Source: Flavobacterium sp.
GTDB lineage: Bacteria; Bacteroidota; Bacteroidia; Flavobacteriales; Flavobacteriaceae
NCBI RefSeq assembly: GCF_039916025.1
Contig: NZ_JBDSMB010000065.1
Coordinates: forward strand, 2,135 to 66,134
DNA length: 64,000 nt
Reading direction: 5' to 3'
Shown piece after piece: positions 9,839 to 19,206 of the stretch; positions within the stretch are counted from its first letter, which is position 1; the number at the start of each line of letters is the position of its first letter. Below the pieces are notes generated by a model that was not told where the DNA came from, made no database searches, and worked only from the letters and a program-made list of their open reading frames with translations. A program made the translations under genes and the position numbers.

Positions 9839-11188
9839 CTACTCCTCCACTTTCTTAATCACTTTACGCGCAACTTCAATCTTGAATTTCTTGCCTTTCA
9901 TTTTTTCGTCCCTAATGGCATTTAGTAAATCTTTTACTTTTTTGGATTTTACTGCTGCAAACGAAATGAAATCTTTGACTTCAATCAAACCCAAATCACC
10001 TTTTTCAAGTTTCCCTTTTTGCGAAAAGAAACCAACGATGTCAATCTTGTTTAGTTTATTCTTCTTTCCACCGCTGATATAAATTGTTTGGAATTCCGGT
10101 GGTTTTGGCAATGAATTGGAATTGTCAACATTTAAAACTTTCATGCCGTAGTTGATATAATCCATTTTTTTCTCACTTTCGTGATTAATGATATAAGCCG
10201 TTCCTGTTGTTAACATTCTCGCGGTTCTTCCGTTTCGATGCGTGAATTCATCTTCTTTTGATGGCAGATGATAATGAATTACATGTTTCATTTCAGGAAT
10301 ATCCAAACCACGTGCGGCCAAATCGGTGGTAACCAAATAACTCACACTTCAATTTCTAAACTGGATTAAAGCGCGCTCTCTTTCATCCTGATCCATTCCG
10401 CCGTGATAATACGTAGCATAAATTCCTTTTTCGTTTAACGTATCGCTAATGCGTTCGGCAGCATCACGATGATTACAGAATATAATCGCTGATTCTGATT
10501 TCAATGAACAAATCAAATTGAAAAGCGAATTGATTTTGTCTTTATCTTTAGAAACAACCATCTTCATATCCAGATTGCTGTTCTCTTCATTATTCGGAAT
10601 AAAATCCAAAACGGTCGGATTGACAACTTTGGTATATCTCGGAATTTCAACATCCGAAGTTGCCGAAACCAAAATACGTTTGTTGACTTTGGTCAATCTC
10701 GAAATGATAAACGACATCTGTTCGTGAAAACCAAGCTGTAATGATTTATCAAATTCATCCAAAACCAAGGTTTCGATATAATCCGTTTTGAAAGTTCCTC
10801 TGTCGATATGATCCATAATCCTTCCCGGCGTTCCAATTAAAACCGCTGGTGGATTTGACAGATTCTTGATTTCTGTTTCGATAGAATGTCCGCCATAACA
10901 AACATTTACTTTGTAATTAGTTCCCATTTTTTTCCAAACCTGCTCAATCTGCAATCCCAATTCGCGTGACGGAACCAAAATCAGGCATTGAACCCTGGTG
11001 TTGATATCTTCGTTCAGCATTTCAAAAATTGGAAGTAAAAAAGCAAGCGTTTTTCCCGAACCTGTTGGCGAAAGCAATAAAACATTAGCATCATTCAGAA
11101 TGGCTTCCGAAGCTGTTTCCTGCATTTCGTTTAGCCTTTCAATACCTAAATTCAGAAGTAAATTGTTGGAATGTGGATTTTTATACAT
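9839..11188 (-). pseudogene. DEAD-box RNA helicase with DbpA-type C-terminal domain, interrupted by one in-frame TGA at 10349-10351
   Basis: SPTGSGKT, VPSREL, GTPGRI, DEFD, SAT, TTDLAARGLD and HRNGRTAR motifs; ...IQFRN*SVSYLV... stays in frame, giving 449 codons overall. Confidence 0.9.
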
Positions 11189-11204
11189 GCAGCAAAGGTA
11201 AAGC

Positions 11205-11232
11205 CAATTACGAATTATGAATTATGAATTAC
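11205..11232. repeat. Heptamer tandem array AATTA(C/T)G x4
   Basis: caattacgaattatgaattatgaattac. Confidence 0.8.
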
Positions 11233-11294
11233 AAAATAAAATTTGAAATCTCGCCAAACGCCTCTTGTTTGAATGTATTATATAATTTATTTAC

Positions 11295-11861
11295 TTAGCA
11301 ACCGTCTTTGCTAGGTGGCCTTTTATAAATCATTTTACTATCTCGTTCTACATAATCGCCCGACACTATTGGATATAAATACTTGGGCGCGTGCGATACG
11401 CTATGGCTTTTTATAATTATTTTGTTGTTAACTTTCAGGCTATGCAATTGCTCAAATTCATTGTTAAAATTCAAAATATTCTTTCCAGAATTTTCTGTAC
11501 CAAAAGCAAGAATATAATCGTCACCATTAATCCTTACCATTACTCCGAAACCTAACCTTGAGCCTGGCGGAAGAGAAAGAGAGGTTATAACAGCCTCCAT
11601 ATTGGTATAATCTTTAATGTGATTGCTTATTTTAGCTTCAGCGGCATGCACTTTTTTACCTGCGGGAGACGCTTCCCATTTTTTGTAAATTATACCATCA
11701 GGAGTAGCCTCCCATTTTTTCAGTTCGGCTTCTCTTTCAGCAGCAGAAAATGGCTTTAAGGTTAACCTTTTAGAAGTTTCATTTTTAATTTCGCTATTAG
11801 CAAATACCAGTCCGCTTACCACAACCAGCGATAAGATCAGCACATAAATAACTTTTTTCAT
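11295..11861 (-). CDS. Hypothetical secreted protein
   Basis: Signal peptide; divergent from the wHTH gene. Confidence 0.75.
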   Translation of the reverse strand: MKKVIYVLILSLVVVSGLVFANSEIKNETSKRLTLKPFSAAEREAELKKWEATPDGIIYKKWEASPAGKKVHAAEAKISNHIKDYTNMEAVITSLSLPPGSRLGFGVMVRINGDDYILAFGTENSGKNILNFNNEFEQLHSLKVNNKIIIKSHSVSHAPKYLYPIVSGDYVERDSKMIYKRPPSKDGC

Positions 11862-12038
11862 AATTTTTGGGTTTATTAAATAACATAAAGATTCTTTTGA
11901 TTAATCAGATTACATAGAAATTTTTTTATTTTTCATATCCTTTCAAATTGATTCAACAAAATTACTTTGATATCTTAAGACATAAAGTATTTGGATTGTA
12001 AATAAAAATGTAAACTTTGTAAATAATAACTTGACACT

Positions 12039-12947
12039 ATGCATCTTATTCAAAATTTCATCTCAGGAAAACGCAAATACCTGTTTGGGTTGATATTCCT
12101 TTCGTTTGTGTGTATGATCTGTGCGGCTTTCACTATGGAAGATAGTGACGGATTTGACTTTGCCAAAAGGGAAGTTTTAATCCGCAGCATCGGACACGAA
12201 CTACTTTTACAGTCGGGCGATAGCACATCAAGAGTGCTTCCGGTAAAAAAGATTGCAGCCAATGAATATCAAATCAGCTTTGAGAATGAGCTTACTTTTC
12301 AACCGAAATTGCTAATGAATACAACAAGGCGTTTGTTGTCCAAAGACCCGCTCGCACGAGATTATGTTGTTAACGTTCTGAACTGTGATGACTCAAGTAT
12401 AGCCTATGGATATGCCGTATCCAAAAATAAAAAAGATGATGTTGTAACCTGTATAGGAAGAAGACAACCCAAAGCCTGTTACATAATTAACATTAAATTC
12501 AAACCGACAGGAACAACTACAGCAAAAAATGGATATCTTTTGGGCAGCCTCTCATTTTTAGCATTTGCCGGTTTTATTTTTTTGAGATCTGCTAAGCCGC
12601 GAAAAACTTTACCTGACGGTCAACATACTAATATGTTCACTTGGGGATCGGTGTTGTTTGATGCGAAGAATCGTAAACTCATCATAAATGGAGAGACAAT
12701 AGACCTGACCGGAACAGAAGCACGTGTATTGCTCATTTTCGCATTGTCTCCCAATGTTACCATAGAGAGAAGCCGACTGCAAAAAGAGATTTGGGAAGAT
12801 GAGGGTGTTATTGTGGGACGAAGTCTGGATATGTTCATATCTAAACTTAGAAAAAAATTAGAAGTAAATCCCAATATCAAAATTGTTGTGATACGCGGAA
12901 AAGGATACAAACTTGAAATTACACCCGTACAGGCAATTACGAATTAA
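12039..12947 (+). CDS. Membrane-anchored regulator with C-terminal OmpR/PhoB-type winged helix
   Basis: Two hydrophobic segments flank a soluble domain; C-terminal RSLDMFISKLRKKL..IVVIRGKGYKL. Confidence 0.85.
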   Translation: MHLIQNFISGKRKYLFGLIFLSFVCMICAAFTMEDSDGFDFAKREVLIRSIGHELLLQSGDSTSRVLPVKKIAANEYQISFENELTFQPKLLMNTTRRLLSKDPLARDYVVNVLNCDDSSIAYGYAVSKNKKDDVVTCIGRRQPKACYIINIKFKPTGTTTAKNGYLLGSLSFLAFAGFIFLRSAKPRKTLPDGQHTNMFTWGSVLFDAKNRKLIINGETIDLTGTEARVLLIFALSPNVTIERSRLQKEIWEDEGVIVGRSLDMFISKLRKKLEVNPNIKIVVIRGKGYKLEITPVQAITN

Positions 12948-12975
12948 AAATTACGAATTACGAATTAGGAATTAA
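12934..12975. repeat. Heptamer tandem array AATTACG x6 (degenerate)
   Basis: caattacgaattaaaaattacgaattacgaattaggaattaa; same orientation as 11205-11232. Confidence 0.8.
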
Positions 12976-12976
12976 A

Positions 12977-12998
12977 TTGAAAACGCTGTTAGTAGATT
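12977..12998. repeat. Remnant end of an attC-like cassette element (site D)
   Basis: ttgaaaacgctGTTagtag matches ttgaaaccgctGTTagcgg at 16089-16107; GTT starts 18 nt from the stop codon of 13006-13479. Confidence 0.6.
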
Positions 12999-13005
12999 GG
13001 CTTTT

Positions 13006-13479
13006 TTATGCTTCTATTTCAAAAATTTTTATAAAATCATTTTCAAGTTTCTTTTTTTTCCACTTTACAGAAAAATGTAGAAATAGCGCCAAACCAGCTA
13101 TAATTGAGTTCATTATTAAAACTATTTCAAAAGATTCCGATACACTATAAAAAGTCAAATTAAACATAACAAAAGCAATCAGCGGAAAGTATTTGAGCCA
13201 ATAATAGCCGAATCCAATTGGTTTTAGTTCGTAATTTATTTCTGTTTGGTTATTTTTTTTTGATTTGAATTCTCCTGAAATTATAAATGGAGTCGCATAA
13301 ATAATAGTATTTTTAGTTAATTCAAATTTTGTTTTATTGTATGTGCCAAAGAATATTTTCTCAGACTCTCCAAACGCATAAAAGACAGAAAATGGAGTTC
13401 CTAATATCCTTGGACTTCCATACTTGGTGTTTTTATTTAAACGTTCGCTAAATTCTGCAGGGTTTATTTTTGAAATCAT
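13006..13479 (-). CDS. Hypothetical membrane protein (cassette-like)
   Basis: Two C-terminal TM helices; low GC. Confidence 0.7.
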   Translation of the reverse strand: MISKINPAEFSERLNKNTKYGSPRILGTPFSVFYAFGESEKIFFGTYNKTKFELTKNTIIYATPFIISGEFKSKKNNQTEINYELKPIGFGYYWLKYFPLIAFVMFNLTFYSVSESFEIVLIMNSIIAGLALFLHFSVKWKKKKLENDFIKIFEIEA

Positions 13480-14126
13480 TTCTGGTTTTTACTATCAGGA
13501 AACAATTCCTGCGTACGTTTTTCCATTTCACAGGCAATTATTTCTCCGTCGCCACCTTGTTCTGTAAGTTTTGCTTTGATGTTTTTGTAGCTTTCGGCAT
13601 CTCTGTCCTGACTCAATTTAAAAACATGTTCTAATGATGTTACTTCGATTTCAAATGCGACAATCAACTTCATGAGTTTTTGTTTAAACGCTTCATCAAC
13701 ATTGTCAAAATAGGTAGATGATTGTTTGTTATAGCCTTCAAAATGAAGCGTGGTTTTTCTAAGTATGTCAATCAGCGCTTCATCATCTAAAAACTTGATT
13801 AAACCTTTGGCGTGGACCGACATATAATTCCATGTAGAAGCCATATGTGGATTGCTGTACCAGGTCGCGCTGACATAAGTATGATGTCCGGTAAAAACCA
13901 CCAATACATTAGGATTGTGCAAAAACGTCAAATGGTGATCGGTGTTTTTCATGATATGTCCACGCAATATTTTCTTTCCGTTTTCTTCTTCAATAAATAC
14001 CGGAATTTGTGTAGCAATTGGTTTGTTGTCTTTATCGCAACCTGAAATAAACGCAAACGGATTATCGTTTATAAACTGTTTGATTACTTCATCGTTTTTT
14101 TCTTTATAGTCTGGAAGATCGTACAT
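13476..14126 (-). CDS. FMN-binding negative transcriptional regulator (PaiB family)
   Basis: FINDNPFAFI, GHHTYVSATWY, STWNYMSVH and FKLSQDR motifs; start set at MYDLP (14126). Confidence 0.88.
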   Translation of the reverse strand: MYDLPDYKEKNDEVIKQFINDNPFAFISGCDKDNKPIATQIPVFIEEENGKKILRGHIMKNTDHHLTFLHNPNVLVVFTGHHTYVSATWYSNPHMASTWNYMSVHAKGLIKFLDDEALIDILRKTTLHFEGYNKQSSTYFDNVDEAFKQKLMKLIVAFEIEVTSLEHVFKLSQDRDAESYKNIKAKLTEQGGDGEIIACEMEKRTQELFPDSKNQK

Positions 14127-14163
14127 GGTGATTTTTGTTACGAGTAAAAATTGTAATGAGTTA

Positions 14164-14185
14164 TTGGACAAACTGCTGTTGTGCT
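14164..14185. repeat. Remnant end of an attC-like cassette element (site C)
   Basis: ttggacaaactgctGTTgtgc fits the AAACnGCY-GTT end of elements A and B. Confidence 0.55.
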
Positions 14186-14213
14186 TTGGCTTTGTGTGTT
14201 TTAAATTTCTAAC

Positions 14214-14639
14214 TTATGTTATTTTTATGTTATTGTTGATTTCCAATATTTTATTTATAAAAATGTCATTCGTTTCTGGACTAATATAAATTACTTCAAA
14301 TTTTCTATATTTTAAAATTAATCCATTTCTTGCAGTTGCTGGTTTTAAACCTGACCAAAGGGTTTTGGCTTTCATGATTTCTGTAATTTCTTCGATTTTT
14401 ATTTTCCCTCTTATTGGACCACTTTTATATTTTAATTCTGTTTCAGACAATTCATATTCAGTTCCGAAATACAACCAAAATAATAGACCAATCAACATTA
14501 CCATTAAAATAGCTGTGAATATAAATTCAAATTTTTCTCTTTGAAAAAATATTTGAATTAGAATAATTGCGATAAACAATCCACTTAGTCCTAATACAAA
14601 AAATTTAAAAAAATTATCTTTTCTACTTTTGAATTTCAT
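14214..14639 (-). CDS. Bacterial PH-domain membrane protein (cassette)
   Basis: MKFKSRKD start, two TM helices, TEYELSETELKYKSG..KIKIEEI..GLKPATARNGL..IYISP. Confidence 0.8.
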   Translation of the reverse strand: MKFKSRKDNFFKFFVLGLSGLFIAIILIQIFFQREKFEFIFTAILMVMLIGLLFWLYFGTEYELSETELKYKSGPIRGKIKIEEITEIMKAKTLWSGLKPATARNGLILKYRKFEVIYISPETNDIFINKILEINNNIKIT

Positions 14640-14652
14640 CTCTATTTTTTTA

Positions 14653-14794
14653 GGTTGCACACAACGTTCAAGCGCTTGGCAAGGTTGCAAATTTCGGAAC
14701 AAATTATTTTCTGTTAAAGATAAAAAATCTTGATAAACGTGACGTGAACTTACCGCAAAATTCGCATTCTTGCCAAACGGCCGTTGGTGGCAGT
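14653..14794. repeat. Complete attC-like element A
   Basis: AAC(14663-65), 117 nt, GTT(14783-85); inner stem TTGGCAAG/CTTGCCAA; homologous to element B. Confidence 0.8.
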
Positions 14795-14797
14795 TTT

Positions 14798-15910
14798 TTA
14801 TTGTATTGCTTTAATGAATTTTTTCATTTCGTCCATTTTACCAACTGTAATCCTTGTCCATTTACCTTGCTCTTCATAAATTCTTCCCCCTTGAATAGTA
14901 TTGTTTTCTAATTGCTTGAAATAGTCCTTGCTATATTTTGCAAGTGAAAAATAGATAAAATTTGTATTAGAAGAAATGCACTCACAATTTAATTTTTTGA
15001 GTTCGCTGATAGTATATTGTCTTACATTTTCATTTAGCAAGTAGCAATTTGAAACAAATTTATCATCTTTCAACGAAGCTATGGCAGCAAGTTTTGATAA
15101 TACACTAACGCTATTATTTGTATTGGATTGCAAATTTGCCAAATTATCAATTATTGTTTTGTTCGCAATTGCATACCCAATCCGTGCTCCAGCCAAACCA
15201 TATATTTTGGAAAATGTTTTGGCGATAATAATATTTTTGTGGTCATTTACGATATTGCTAAGGGATTGCTGTTTAGTAAAGTCCAAATATGCCTCATCAA
15301 TTAATACAATTGTATTTTGTGAAATCTTGGTTACAAATTCTACCAATGCTTCTCTTTCACAAATTGTTCCTGTTGGGTTATTTGGATTACAGATATAAAC
15401 AAGTTTTGTATCTTGGTTTACAACTTCCAACATAGCTTGCAAATTAATTTTCTTGTCTGCAGTAAGTGGTACATTATTTTTCTTTAAACCTAAATTATCT
15501 AATGTAACTGTCCAATAATCATAGCTTGGGTCTGCGATTACATAATTTCCTTTGTCAAGTGATACAAATTTTGCAACCAAATCTAAAATTTCAGTTGAAC
15601 CAGCTCCCAACAATATGTTTTCATCTTTAACACTATTTCTTTTTGCAAGGTCAGAAATCAGTTGTGTCGCAACATCCCAATTATATCGGTTACTAATATT
15701 CGCATTGTCTACAAATGCTTTCCTTGCTAATGGAGATGGACCATAGGGGTTTTCATTTGAGCGTAAAAAAATTAAGTTATCATGATTTTCTAAATTCTCA
15801 AAAAAGTCTTCTGAGATAACAGGAGATGCATAAGATTTTACATTTGTCAATCCAATGCCTGCAATTCCTAATCCAATTTGTTTTAACCAAAGTCTTCTGC
15901 TATTTTCCAT
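14798..15910 (-). CDS. PLP-dependent aminotransferase class I/II (HisC-like) with a Tat-like signal (cassette)
   Basis: SNENPYGPSP, YICNPNNPTG, IDEAY and KTFSKIYGLAGARIGY motifs; N-terminal SRRLWLK. Confidence 0.88.
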   Translation of the reverse strand: MENSRRLWLKQIGLGIAGIGLTNVKSYASPVISEDFFENLENHDNLIFLRSNENPYGPSPLARKAFVDNANISNRYNWDVATQLISDLAKRNSVKDENILLGAGSTEILDLVAKFVSLDKGNYVIADPSYDYWTVTLDNLGLKKNNVPLTADKKINLQAMLEVVNQDTKLVYICNPNNPTGTICEREALVEFVTKISQNTIVLIDEAYLDFTKQQSLSNIVNDHKNIIIAKTFSKIYGLAGARIGYAIANKTIIDNLANLQSNTNNSVSVLSKLAAIASLKDDKFVSNCYLLNENVRQYTISELKKLNCECISSNTNFIYFSLAKYSKDYFKQLENNTIQGGRIYEEQGKWTRITVGKMDEMKKFIKAIQ

Positions 15911-15970
15911 ATTTCCTTTTTTTTAATTTGACTTTAAAAAAATAGTTTGTTACAACCGCAGAGTGTTAAA

Positions 15971-16114
15971 ATTGCCACCAACGTTCCGACGCTACAAGAA
16001 GTGGCGAACTTCGGAACTGCATATTTTCCACTAAGATAATTTTTCTTGCGAAAGAAAAATATGAATTTAGCAGATTTCTCGCCATTTCTTGAAACCGCTG
16101 TTAGCGGTTCGTGC
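15971..16114. repeat. Complete attC-like element B
   Basis: AAC(15980-82), 117 nt, GTT(16100-02); inner stem CAAGAAgTGGCGA/TCGCCAtTTCTTG. Confidence 0.8.
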
Positions 16115-16116
16115 TT

Positions 16117-17445
16117 TTATTGTTTATTTTTCATTACAATTTCTTTCACGCCTCCTTTTGTCAAAATTATAGAATTGTAGATGCCTGATTTATCCTTTAT
16201 AAGTTCTATTGTTCTGTCATTATTGTTGGCTTTAAAAAATTTCGTTTGTGATTCGGGCAAAAGTTCTGTTTCTGAATTGTTATAATATAGTTTTTCTCCA
16301 ATTTTGATTATTTCAATTTCTCCATACTTGCCTATGTATTTATCATAAATTGAATTGTCTATTTTAGTTTGATAATGTTTGTATGGAAGTTCTATCGGCA
16401 TTTGTAAGGCAATTGCAGAAAGCCCATAAGCAATTATGTACGAAAATGATTCATTGTTAGAAAGTACTGTTACAAAAAGACTATCATCTGTAAATCGGTT
16501 GAGTGAAGTCATTGCTCCAAAAAAACCACCGTCATGAGAAATAAGTTGATGCCCATGATTATAAAATGGATTAATAATAAAACCATATCCCCAATTTTCT
16601 TTGCTATAAGGCGTAAACATTAGTTTTTTCATTTTCTCTGACAAAATTGTTGTTCCATAAAGTGCTTTATCCCATAGGGCTAAATCTTCAACGGTAGAAT
16701 AAACTCCATCATGTCCAATATTGATTTTCCAATTTATATAAGGGTTGTTTGTGTATTTATTATCTTCTAAAATATAATTTTTAGCCTTTTTAGGAATCAA
16801 GATTTCGTTGGTAATCACTCCAGAGTTTTTCATTCCCACTTTTTCAAATATATGTTTGTTTAAATAATCGGCGTATTTTTCTCCTGAAACTTTTTCTATA
16901 ATTTTTGCTAATAAATAATAACCAATATTGCTGTATGCCGTTTTTGTGCCAGGCGAAAATTCATAAGGCATTTTTTTAATTTCATTGTATGCAGAATCTG
17001 CAGACATACTACTTGTTGCTATTTCTTTAAAACCCATTGCAAGGCCTGAAGAATGAGATAATAACATGTGAATTGTGACGCTATCTGCTTTAGGATAATC
17101 TGGGAAGAACTGACTAAGTTTATCATTAAGCGAGAGTTTTCCTTTTTCTACTAATTGAAGAATTGCAGCCGCTGTAAATTGTTTAGTGACCGAAGCCAAT
17201 TGATATTTTGTATCAATTGTATTTTTAATATTCCATTCATAATCTGCTAAACCATAAGCTTTTTTTAGTAAAATTGAACCGTTTTTTGTAACAATAACTG
17301 TTCCGCTGAAATTATTTATTTCGACTTGAGCTTGCATATATTTTGCAAGATTAGTTGATATGTTTTTTTGTCCAAAAATTATTGTTGGAAGAAGAATTAA
17401 AATTAAAGCGATTCCTAATTTTGCGGTTTTACGTATTTTTTTCAT
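16117..17445 (-). CDS. Serine hydrolase, beta-lactamase/PBP-like family (cassette)
   Basis: Signal peptide; SxxK (ASVTK), YxN (YSN) and HDG motifs. Confidence 0.88.
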   Translation of the reverse strand: MKKIRKTAKLGIALILILLPTIIFGQKNISTNLAKYMQAQVEINNFSGTVIVTKNGSILLKKAYGLADYEWNIKNTIDTKYQLASVTKQFTAAAILQLVEKGKLSLNDKLSQFFPDYPKADSVTIHMLLSHSSGLAMGFKEIATSSMSADSAYNEIKKMPYEFSPGTKTAYSNIGYYLLAKIIEKVSGEKYADYLNKHIFEKVGMKNSGVITNEILIPKKAKNYILEDNKYTNNPYINWKINIGHDGVYSTVEDLALWDKALYGTTILSEKMKKLMFTPYSKENWGYGFIINPFYNHGHQLISHDGGFFGAMTSLNRFTDDSLFVTVLSNNESFSYIIAYGLSAIALQMPIELPYKHYQTKIDNSIYDKYIGKYGEIEIIKIGEKLYYNNSETELLPESQTKFFKANNNDRTIELIKDKSGIYNSIILTKGGVKEIVMKNKQ

Positions 17446-17598
17446 TAAAGTTTGAAATTATTTTAGTTAGTATTTTGTCAATTAATTCAACTCATTTTCT
17501 AATAATCTTTTAAGAATTGCATGTTTTTTATGTTTATGATAAGAGTTAATAATTCAATTGCTTTTTGAAGTACAAAGTTTAGAAGTGACTAAAATTTT

Positions 17599-18633
17599 CT
17601 ACAATTGTGATTCTAATTTTAAAATGCGTGCTTTAATTTCATCAGCAGTTAATTCCATTTTAGTATTTGTTTTCAATAAATTTTCAAGTGCAATAATTTG
17701 AGCTTTTATTAACGCTTTTTCAGAACTTATTTTTATATCAGTATCAATACCGATATGTTCCCAATTAGTATTTGTGATTGAGCTTTTTTCAATTGAAACT
17801 GGTATAAATAAATGATATTTGTTGCCAATAAAAAACACTTTTACTGGATTTGCCGCACCATATGTTTTATCTCCAATTATTTTTGCAATTTTATTTTGTT
17901 GTAAATCATATGCTAAAGCTTCAGCAGCAGAAATAGTTTTGTTATTTACCAGAATAAATACGGGTTTACCTATATACTTTTGACCGTTCACTTTTTTCGC
18001 CGTGTAAGCTTTTGTGGTTTTATGATTATACCTTGTATAAGCCTCGCTTAATTTTATTTTATTTTCAAAAAAGTAACTTAAAAAAAGTCTTACCATTTTG
18101 CTATCTCCACCTCGATTGTTTCTTAAATCTATAATCAAAGCGTTTGTATTTGAAACAAAATTCATTGTAGCATCTAAAATTTGTTGAGCAGGTTTATTTC
18201 CTTCGGGAAATCCGGTATATTCAATGTAACCAATATTCCCATCTAATCTCATTACTTTTTCAAAGCCATAATTCCATTGTTTATTAATAGCATCATATTC
18301 TTTTAGCATTTCCTTTTCATTAACTACTTTTTCTTCTTCTTCATTTGGACGGTATAACACATTGAAATGCAAATCATTTCCGTTTTTGGTTAAATAGTTG
18401 GAAAGCGATTTTGCAAATTCTTTATCAGTAAGATTATCAAAAGTTTTAAGTTCTATTTCTGATTTTAATTTTTTAGAAAGTTGATTTGCCACATCTTCGA
18501 AAATGTAGTATTCATTAATGTTATCGGCTATTTCAATTATTTGTTTATTTCGTTCAGTCAAATCCTGAGCATTTGTTTTTAAGTAGAAACTGCTAACAAG
18601 GCTAAGTAATAATAGATTAAATACTATTTTCAT
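17599..18633 (-). CDS. S41-family peptidase
   Basis: GNIGYI, LIIDLRNNRGG, TISAAE, IIGDKTYGAAN and WEHIGI motifs. Confidence 0.9.
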   Translation of the reverse strand: MKIVFNLLLLSLVSSFYLKTNAQDLTERNKQIIEIADNINEYYIFEDVANQLSKKLKSEIELKTFDNLTDKEFAKSLSNYLTKNGNDLHFNVLYRPNEEEEKVVNEKEMLKEYDAINKQWNYGFEKVMRLDGNIGYIEYTGFPEGNKPAQQILDATMNFVSNTNALIIDLRNNRGGDSKMVRLFLSYFFENKIKLSEAYTRYNHKTTKAYTAKKVNGQKYIGKPVFILVNNKTISAAEALAYDLQQNKIAKIIGDKTYGAANPVKVFFIGNKYHLFIPVSIEKSSITNTNWEHIGIDTDIKISSEKALIKAQIIALENLLKTNTKMELTADEIKARILKLESQL

Positions 18634-18637
18634 TTTT

Positions 18638-19075
18638 TTAGATTTTACAATTAGTAATTATTTTATTTAAAGTTTTATTGAGTAAATCAATTTCTTCCAA
18701 TGACAACCCATTTAGTGCTGTTTTTCTGTTTGTTTGGATAATTGGCGACAATAATTCAATTGTTTTTTGTCCTTTTTCTGTGATTTCAAGGTTAAATTTT
18801 CTTCTGTCTAATTCGTTTATTTTTCTTGTCAGATACTCTTTTTTCACCATTAGTTCAATAATTCTAGTAATTGAAGTATTGTCTTTAAAAATCAATTCAG
18901 CTATTTCCTTTTGAGAATAATTAGGATTTTTATTAAGCACAATTAATAATAGACATTGGTCAACTGTTATATCATTTACAATTCTCCCTATGTTTTTCTG
19001 TGAAATTTTTCTATACTCTTTTATTGTTTGTTCAATTGTATAGAGGACTGTTCCTGTTGGATTGCTTTTTTTCAT
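18638..19075 (-). CDS. MarR-family transcriptional regulator
   Basis: ITVDQCLLL, SQKEIAELIFKD and DRRKFNLEITEKG motifs. Confidence 0.9.
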   Translation of the reverse strand: MKKSNPTGTVLYTIEQTIKEYRKISQKNIGRIVNDITVDQCLLLIVLNKNPNYSQKEIAELIFKDNTSITRIIELMVKKEYLTRKINELDRRKFNLEITEKGQKTIELLSPIIQTNRKTALNGLSLEEIDLLNKTLNKIITNCKI

Positions 19076-19082
19076 ATTAAAT

Positions 19083-19130
19083 TAGTTGATGTAAATATAA
19101 TTGATGCAAATATAGTTGTTGTATCAACTA
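19083..19130 (-). promoter_or_regulatory. Putative MarR operator array overlapping the -7 element
   Basis: Three 15-nt-period repeats (gttgatgtaaatata, attgatgcaaatata, gttgttgtatcaact); palindrome TAGTTG..CAACTA; minus-strand TATATTTG at 19107-19114. Confidence 0.65.
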
Positions 19131-19206
19131 AATAAAAATAATTTAACAAATTATTTTTATTTTTTAAAAAAATTGTAGTTTTTTAAATGAGATTTCTGGT
19201 GAGGTA

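Noticed and set aside
10349-10351. Selenocysteine or genome-wide TGA recoding in the helicase
   Set aside because: The position is normally Gly, no sel genes are in the window, and TGA is a normal stop elsewhere (coaD, PaiB).
11247-11270. tctcgccaaacgcc..gtt as another cassette element end
   Set aside because: Spacing to GTT does not fit AAACnGCY-GTT and there is no partner core.
14640-14702. Longer N-terminal extensions in the ORF track (PH protein, PaiB, PASTA, LTA synthase, porin, Omp85)
   Set aside because: They run through repeat elements, promoters or neighbouring genes; downstream ATGs give more typical N-termini.
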